Positions 55,301 to 64,000 of a stretch of DNA of 64,000 nt are shown piece after piece. The translations under genes were made by a program, and so were the position numbers. Within the stretch, counting starts at the first letter, position 1. Each line of letters begins with the position of its first letter. This DNA comes from Eledone cirrhosa (lineage: Eukaryota): positions 173,910,001-173,974,000 of the forward strand of contig OZ024740.1 of NCBI GenBank assembly GCA_964016885.1, given 5' to 3'. The notes below the pieces were generated by a model, which searched no databases, was not told where the DNA came from, and worked only from the letters and a program-made list of their open reading frames with translations.

Positions 55301-56152
55301 TCACCGTAGTTCTAAATTTTAGAACTACAAGTTAGAGTCAAATACTTAGAAAGTTTACAAATAAAAAGACTTATGTTGGTTGACTTGTACATACACTCAC
55401 ACCTACCCCAACACACACACACATCTACACACACAAATCCATACAGATGTGTATATATATGTATATACGCACAAGTGCATATATATATATATATACAACA
55501 GAGGTCCCGAAATCCAAGTATAAGGCAGACATAAAACGAGGTGGGTGTTATTTTAAAAGAAAAGTAAAGTGGTTGTTTGGAAAAGTTATTGTTTAGACTA
55601 GACAAAAGTAGAGTGTGATATATATCTTCACAGCAATAGCTTGGGGGCTTTGGAGCTTAGGCGAATCCCTTAGTACAGACATATACAGGTGCACGCATCC
55701 ACCCACACTTGTATACCTTTGGATGCGTGTGTATGTCTATATACACATGTGCACTCATACAAGAGAGCATACACAAATATACTCCTAAGCATACACTCGA
55801 ACATTTTTCAAATGCAACCTGGGGTATTATTATTTCGTTGCGTTCACATAAGTGTACATTCACGTAATCCCAATATACACACACAACGTACGGTTGCGGG
55901 CACGCATTCATGCGTATAGGGTTAGTACCTTAGGATAATTGTTCTTGCTGTGTGGGCCACTCCCGGGGGTTCCTCAGGTTCAATAAACGTGGTTTTGCTG
56001 ACTCCTAACCAGTAGAGGATCCGGTGGACAATCCACCGTAGGGACCACAAACTATGGGTGGGTGTTGTTACCCATTGGTCATTGGTACGGGGTGGAGGGG
56101 ACCTACAGGAGGGGGGAGGGGCATTGTGGGAGGCCATAACCGGGGTTTATCC

Positions 56153-56227
<75 letters not shown>

Positions 56228-56241
56228 CATAAGTACATATA

Positions 56242-56319
<78 letters not shown>

Positions 56320-56438
56320 AAAGAATGAAGAATAACATGGTCGGCTGTACAAAGGGTTTATTTTACAGTATTAACAATTATTTTTTTTAATCAGGTGAGT
56401 ACTCACAACCTGGATTACCTTCAACGATACCTTGTTAT

Positions 56439-56487
<49 letters not shown>

Positions 56488-56489
<2 letters not shown>

Positions 56490-57240
56490 CGAAGGAAATG
56501 TGGTAAGGAACATTAGTATATATTTTTCTCGGGACTCAGAATTATTATCTCGTACAAGTTCACTTTGCTGCACTGGGTCGTTGCTGGCCCGGGATGGAAA
56601 CCTTTATTGTTTATTTCGTGGTAGTCTCTTTAGTATTTTGGCCCCTTTTGTTGACCCGTCACCGTATCATTTACGTACTTATACCTCTTAAAAGGGTCCT
56701 TGCCTTATCCGTCCCACCTAGTTCTCTTACTTATTTCTTTATTTCTTTATTTATTTATTTATTTACTTCTTTCTTTCTTTCTTTATTTTATTCTCGCCTA
56801 ACAATAGCCTGACACCTAGGTCGTAGAATTTAATTTACTTTACTTTTTTCTTTACACTTATTTGCTTTTCTTCACTCTCAGTATTTTTTCTTTCCTATTT
56901 CTACCCCCCATTGTTCTACCTACCGTTCCGACTTCCTCCCCCTCCCCCTCCCCTGTATCTTCTTTGACCTCATGCCCAGCTGTAGCTGGCACTACCAACG
57001 CTTGATTGGGTCTACTCCACCCCCTCCCCTCTTTCTCCTACTGGCAGGTTTAGCCAGCATCTCCCCTACTAATTTGCAACCACAGAATTACTACTGATTT
57101 TTGACAATCACTTTGACCATATATGGAATTACCCCTTGAGAAGATCGGCTATTTAAATACCAGGATAAATTTTCATTTAGTCCAGAATTAGCCGTCGAAA
57201 CGGCTTGAGCTCAGCTGTCGGGGTCTTACTGGTTCCTATA
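56488..57240 (+). mobile_element. PLE 3' terminus between (TA)n tracts with a short inverted end
   Basis: aacgaaggaaatgtggtaaggaac (inverted family end) at left; hammerhead at 57131-57224. Confidence 0.7.
57131..57224 (+). ncRNA. Type I hammerhead ribozyme, U3:A8 core variant (copy at 30465-30565 has G12U)
   Basis: acccc-UUGAGAA-gaucggcua...uagccguc-GAAA-CGGCU ugagcuc AGCUGUC-ggggu; GUC triplet at 57217-57219. Confidence 0.72.
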
Positions 57241-57260
57241 TATATATATATATATATATA

Positions 57261-58360
57261 TAGTGGTAGAACACTGGAAGGTAATATCCGTAGTGGTTGA
57301 GCACTCAGTCCATGGTACGAGTTAGGTAGAAGTGGTTACACAACAGTTAGTTCACCATACCGAGGAACAATTGTATCACCTTAGCAGATCCTCAGCTCGT
57401 AATGGACATGGTTATACGGAACAGGAAGGACAACCGTACGACCGCGTATGTGCAGAAACCGTCACTTCACACAGGCAATGCTAAAAAGCGTGCGAGAGGT
57501 GTAAGGGAGATAACTGCGAAAGTCCGAAAAGTTTCTAGTTGATAAGAAAATTAGGATGTTGTTGTGATTCAATCCGGAGCTTTGTAGTTATGTAAGAGGT
57601 GTTTTGAGACGTGTGGACGACGTGTGAAGAATTCATTTCTCGTGTTTAGGCAATCATTATTGCATAATCTCTTTAGAATATTTATTGGTTCATCAATACA
57701 TAGTCCACACGACGTATTTCCCCTTGCTAATGGCTTGGACTTAGTGATGGCTTTCCATTGAATGGGGTAGTCTATACTTGAGAGTCCTTGAGGGACCATA
57801 CGTGGCTCGCGAGTTTCGTGGATGAACGTCTGTCCGGGTACCTAAAAGTCGACTGGTGGTTCAGGAAGAGTTCCTTAAATCGGCCCTCCACCATACCCAC
57901 ATAGGATTTGACCTCCTGTGATTGATTTTGTCGGTTGGAAGTGACCACAGCTTCATAAATTACAGCGGGTGTGTTGCATTGTTGTTGAAGGGCACAAGCT
58001 TCGGGCTTACGGCAAGAGCACCCTGGTGGGGTGTTGCTCTTAGGGCTATTGGTGATGTGGGCCTTCATGTTCTTCGCGCAGGAGTATCCTAGTTTTACTT
58101 TGTGTCGGTTAAAGATGGAGCAGTATTTATGACCTATGGGAAAGTGTCTATCTAAGAGGGCTAAAAGCTTTTTGCCTACATTGGTTTTAACGTTGAGTGA
58201 GAAGGGAGGAGAGAACCAGATAGTTTGTCTATTGTTACGCTTTCTTTTCTTATTACTGTTGTTGATAGTGGGAGAGTAAGTGATAGGTTGCAAGAAGACG
58301 CTGTTAGCTAACGCCGTGTTATAGTAGGGTGCCGCCCTGTCAAAGATAGCCTTATTAGCG
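57261..58360 (-). mobile_element. Hydra-type PLE, 5'-truncated (third family)
   Basis: IWFSPPFSLNVKTNVGKK, CSCRKPEACALQQQC, VIYEAVV...YVGMVEGRFK and CGLCIDE...LNTRNE. The same terminus recurs at 62423-62608. Confidence 0.85.
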
Positions 58361-58361
58361 G

Positions 58362-59757
58362 TAGAAGATTGGAACGTTACGTTTTTGTTTAGACTTATAG
58401 GATGAAGTTAAAAATTAATATTAAAGAAATTAGAAAATTTAAAGTAAATGAAACTACTCGGAGTGGCTTGATTCGCCCCAGGGGCCCGGCGCGCAGCTGG
58501 TTTTTTAACCGCCACATAGTACCTTTAAATTACAGATCAAATCAGAACTATTAGATATATCACGCCTCCCTCTACTTAAGCAACCCCCCCCCTCCTGAGT
58601 AAAGGAATAGTACTGGTTTTGTACAAGAATGGCCTAACGATGCGGGCTGACCTCCTGCTGGCGCAACTAAAGCCTGTTATACATTCCTAGAGTGCTCGGA
58701 AAAATCGATTTCCATATCTTTCGCTAGGCGATATCACTCGGAGTGATGGGCTGGGCTGCCCAAGCTTGTAGTCGCCGCATGCTGTTTGACGGCTAAACAA
58801 AGACATAATCTTTACTCTATAATAAAATTTAAGTGTCTTCATAAAAGACTCTTTCTTTGCCTAAACCTTGCAACCTTAAAAATGTTAAACTGTTTAACTT
58901 TAAATTTTCTAATTTCTTTAATATTAAATATTAATTTTTAACTTCATCCTATAAGTCTAAACAAAAACGTAACGTTCCAATCTTCTGCTCACACATTATA
59001 ACACACTGACCCCCACTATATTTGCCTCTGCTAAGATACGGGTCCCTGTGAAAATTTTCTTTTTTTCGCGCCACTCCTGGATTGACTGTAGTCTGACATT
59101 AATATCGACCTTTCTTCCTCTTTCTTTCTATCTTTCTTCTTGTAGCCATCAACCCTGACTTTTCTACTTCTTCCTTTTCTTCCTTCTCTTCTCCCTTCTT
59201 TCTGTCTTCCTCCCGATGACTTATCTTCCTTCCCCTTTTTGTTTGCCTATATTTGACCGGTAGTAGTTGTTAAGATACGGGTCCCTTAGAATAAAAAATT
59301 TCTTCGCGACAATCCTGGCCTGACTGTAATACCGACCTTTCCTCCTCTTTCTTTCTGTCTTTCTTCTTATAGCTGACATTAACCCTGGTTTCTCTTCTTC
59401 TTCTTCCTTCCCCCTTCTTCTCTCTCCTTTCTTTCTTTCTTTTTTCTTGTGGCATGATATTAACGCTAACTTATGTCCCCATCCCTTTCTGTTTTCCTTT
59501 ATTTGACCGGTAGTAGCACACTGTAAGCTTTAGCCACGTTACTCGAGGGCGACCGGCAAAGGTAGAAGATGGTGGATGGCGGCCGCCCTCGGGTCCTTGA
59601 TTTTCAGCCCCATGGATTTTATCTATTACATTCACTTATTATATTTCGGATACCTGATGATATCACCGGATTCATACGGAACCCGGTCATTGAAATGATC
59701 ATAGTATAATAAACCTTTCAAGGATTTACACAAATCCAGCCGCCTGTCATTTCATTA

Positions 59758-59760
<3 letters not shown>
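58362..59760 (+). mobile_element. Non-coding PLE-like terminus with an ~85-bp inverted repeat, a ~240-bp tandem duplication and a hammerhead
   Basis: IR 58362-58445 / 58898-58986; tandem units ~59032-59270 and ~59271-59515; hammerhead auac-CUGAUGA...GAAA-UGAUCA-UA-guau at 59650-59707; AATAAA, then (TA)n. Confidence 0.65.
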
Positions 59761-59835
<75 letters not shown>

Positions 59836-59842
<7 letters not shown>

Positions 59843-61723
59843 TAATAAAATAATGAATAAAAACAAAGAAACAGTTCCTTATATTAAAAAATTCATCATT
59901 TTACGATCGTTTCTAGGATATATATGTGTGTGTTGGTATGTATATCATATAGATCTATGTAAAATTTTTACAAACTATCAGAGGGAATATACATACCTAC
60001 ACATATATATGCTGTCTTCAGAAATAATTGTTTCTACTTTTGGCACAAGGCCAGCAATTATTCCAGTGTATTACTGGTACTTTATTTTATCGACCCGTTA
60101 AGGATGAAAGGCAAAGTTAACCTCGGCGGGTCTTGAACTCAGTCCGTAAAGGGACGTAACTGTGCTGCAAAGCATGGCGTCCGACCCTCTACTGATACTG
60201 CCAATCCACCGCCCTCTGTCTTCAGAAATAATTGTTTCTACGTTAGGCACAAGGCCAGCAATTACCCAGTGTATTACTGGTACTTTATTTTATCGACCCC
60301 GTAAGGATGAAAGGCAAAGTTAACCTCGGCGGGATTTGAACTCAGAATGACAAGGGCCGTAACTCTATGCGCCAAAGCATGGCATCCGACACTCTACCAA
60401 TACTGCCAATCCACCGCCCTGTCTTCAGAAATAATGATATTTGTTTATTGAAAAAAACCAACAAAGATTTAATATAATAGGTCTGTTTGGGAACAGGTTT
60501 TGAATTGACCAATAGAAAGGTAGTAAGTGGTCAAGATGATAGAATAGTAGTAATAGAAATTTAATTTAGGGGTAGAGGAAAGCAGACTTCAGTTTTGAAT
60601 GGAAAGAGTATTTTGAATGAAAAGATTACTTTGGGGATGAAAATAGGTCAAGCCGGTGAAAGGTACACGAAAATTTGATATTATAAAAGAATAATGCTAA
60701 TGTTAAAATCTAAGGAGAATAAAATTTTACGATAAATGTGTTAGTGAAAAATATCAATCTTATTTAAAACATAAGGAATTTACATCTATAAAAAGAAAAT
60801 AAATTAATTTAATTGATAGGTATATTTATATTGATATATTTATATTAATTCATATAGATATGAGTTAGATGTAATTGAAGAATGTTGTTAAAAACGAAGG
60901 AAAAAAAAAATGGGGGGGGGGGGGGTAAATGTATTAGTGAGAAATAACACATTTATATAGATTACAAGGAATATAGATTCATGACCTGAAATTAAAATAG
61001 TTTATATGTATACTTATTGGTATAAATTTTAGGAAAAGATAGCTGTAAAATTATGCAGTTCATTAGTAGTAGAATATTAATTATAGGTTAACTAATTTAA
61101 AAAACATTTTTATTATAATAATTTGTAAAGTGTATATTAATTAGGTTTATAATATTTAAAAGTTCTTCTAATTTTATGATTACATGATATAATTAATTCT
61201 TGTCGCTTATTTAATAGGATATCCTTAGATTTCATTATTTCAAAAAGTTTCTGGGAACATAATCTACATTCATATCTATTATTTTGATAAGGGGTGGCCC
61301 TTTTGAGCACACTCCAGGTCAGGTTATAATCGATATTCCTTTTTCTATAATTATTAATTATTTCAGCTAATGCGGCATTTTAAAAACTGTGTTTGTGGGT
61401 ATTAAATCTTACTTTAAATTGGTTAGAAGTAGCTCCTATATATAAATAAGTTGAGTCCTTAGTGTTAATTTTACATTTATATACTATGTTATTAATAAGG
61501 CAATTTCCTTTTAATGGGCAATTTGCTTTGTTTCTACAGTTACAACCTTTCGTGAATGTTGTATCAGAGGAGATAGTCAAATTAGGTGTGGAATTTTCTC
61601 GACTTGTTGTATGTGAATGAGATGGTGGTTTGCTGTGGTTTATTTTAGTATTATTGTTAGTTTGATGTATTGGTGGTATATTCATGATTTTTTAACATTT
61701 ATATGCATTAAGTATATATGCAT

Positions 61724-61725
<2 letters not shown>
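59836..61725 (-). mobile_element. Second copy of the 8065-12320 Hydra-type PLE family (3' part), between (TA)n tracts
   Basis: ORF 61380-61685 CNCRNKANCPLKGNCLINNIVYKC...YIGATSNQFKVRFNTH; 3' UTR colinear with 8065-9480. Confidence 0.9.
60029..60419 (-). mobile_element. Two SINEs in tandem at one site
   Basis: The 17-bp ctgtcttcagaaataat occurs three times (60012-60028, 60216-60232, 60419-60435); the single empty site is at 8243-8259. Confidence 0.9.
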
Positions 61726-62640
<915 letters not shown>

Positions 62641-62962
62641 CTTCTCACCAAGGAAGATGAGACAAAAAAACTTACCTCTTAATTTGAAATCTTTAATTTT
62701 TAGTTTTTAATTCTTATTAATTCTTTTTAATTGTAAGATGAATTTTAATAATACATCGAAACCGGTAATACTTTATGTACATTATGAAACTCTTTTTAAA
62801 AAGAATTGTCCCTCTCATTTTTCAATACTGTCACTTTGACGAATCAAAGAAGGGAAAAAAAAGAAGAAAAACAGACCCTTAAATATATTTCCCATGCTAT
62901 TTCCAACTTCACCCCCCTCCTCTCTCTCTCTCTCTCTCTTTATATATATATATATATATATA

Positions 62963-63359
<397 letters not shown>

Positions 63360-63930
63360 TGTATTTATTTTCCATATTGCTGTTGCGATTGATGTTGCTA
63401 GATTTACATTATTGATGCCATGTTGTTACTGTGGCTCTATTGTTATTGCTACTATTTCTTGCTGCTGCTTCTGCTGCTGTTCTTCTGCTGCTTCCTCTGC
63501 TGCTGTTGTCGAGTTTCTGATGGTTCGCCTATAGAATGATAATACCATAGATAATAATTAAATGTTCTTTCTCTCGCTTATCTTTCAGTCGATTCTTTAT
63601 GCGTTTGTCTGCAACTTTCACAAATTTAGTCACTTCATCCTTCCTTCATTTTGTCACTCACTCTTTTACTAGCTCGATCACTCCCCCCTCCCTCCCTCAC
63701 TCACTCACTCACTCACTCATTCGCCTACATTTAGTGAATTTGATCGTCAATATACGCTTTTCGCCTTTCCGTTCCTACTCTCTCCTTCTCCGTCTTATGC
63801 TTTCTCTACTTCTTCCTCTCCATTACACCCACCCCACACCTTTCGTCTGCTGTCGTTTCTAACTGAAGGGTCGCTTTGATAGCTTCAGCATTTGCACAAA
63901 CGCAATCGATATTCTTCAAATTGTTATCCA

Positions 63931-63985
63931 TTTCTTCTTCTTCTTCTTCTTCTTCTTCTTCTTCTTCTTCTTCTTCTTCTTCTTC
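63931..63985. repeat. (CTT)n microsatellite
   Basis: Direct reading. Confidence 0.95.
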
Positions 63986-64000
63986 ACCGACATCATCTTA

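Noticed and set aside
63370-63530. Possible polyQ/polyA exon in (TGC)n-rich sequence
   Set aside because: Low-complexity sequence with no convincing splice sites or recognisable domain.

Overview
AT-rich, microsatellite-saturated eukaryotic DNA, almost certainly from an octopod cephalopod. The only host gene I can support is the 5' end of a molluscan hemocyanin on the minus strand: TATA box at ~1805-1811, two small signal-peptide exons (1698-1736, 1450-1477) and the first part of functional unit a (408 to the window edge). The ORF track misses this gene. The remaining ~62 kb upstream is transposon-derived. It holds a complete non-autonomous Helitron, Penelope-like elements (Hydra-type and Neptune-type), RTE, R4/Dong, HERO/NeSL and CRE non-LTR remnants, tRNA-like SINEs and a hAT MITE. 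Three structures stand out. (1) About ten fold-back (palindromic) insertions lie mostly in (TA)n tracts and are often built around hammerhead ribozymes, including U3:A8 core variants and one with a ~105-nt stem II. (2) Two (TATG)n stacks contain RTE-derived non-autonomous elements and R4-type retrotransposons piled head-to-tail in opposite orientations on the same tetranucleotide. (3) Retroelement families appear to partition the microsatellites between them: TA, CA and TATG. Most ORFs in the track are microsatellite artefacts. Boundaries were read by eye and may be a few bases off; clade names are from motif recognition, not searches.
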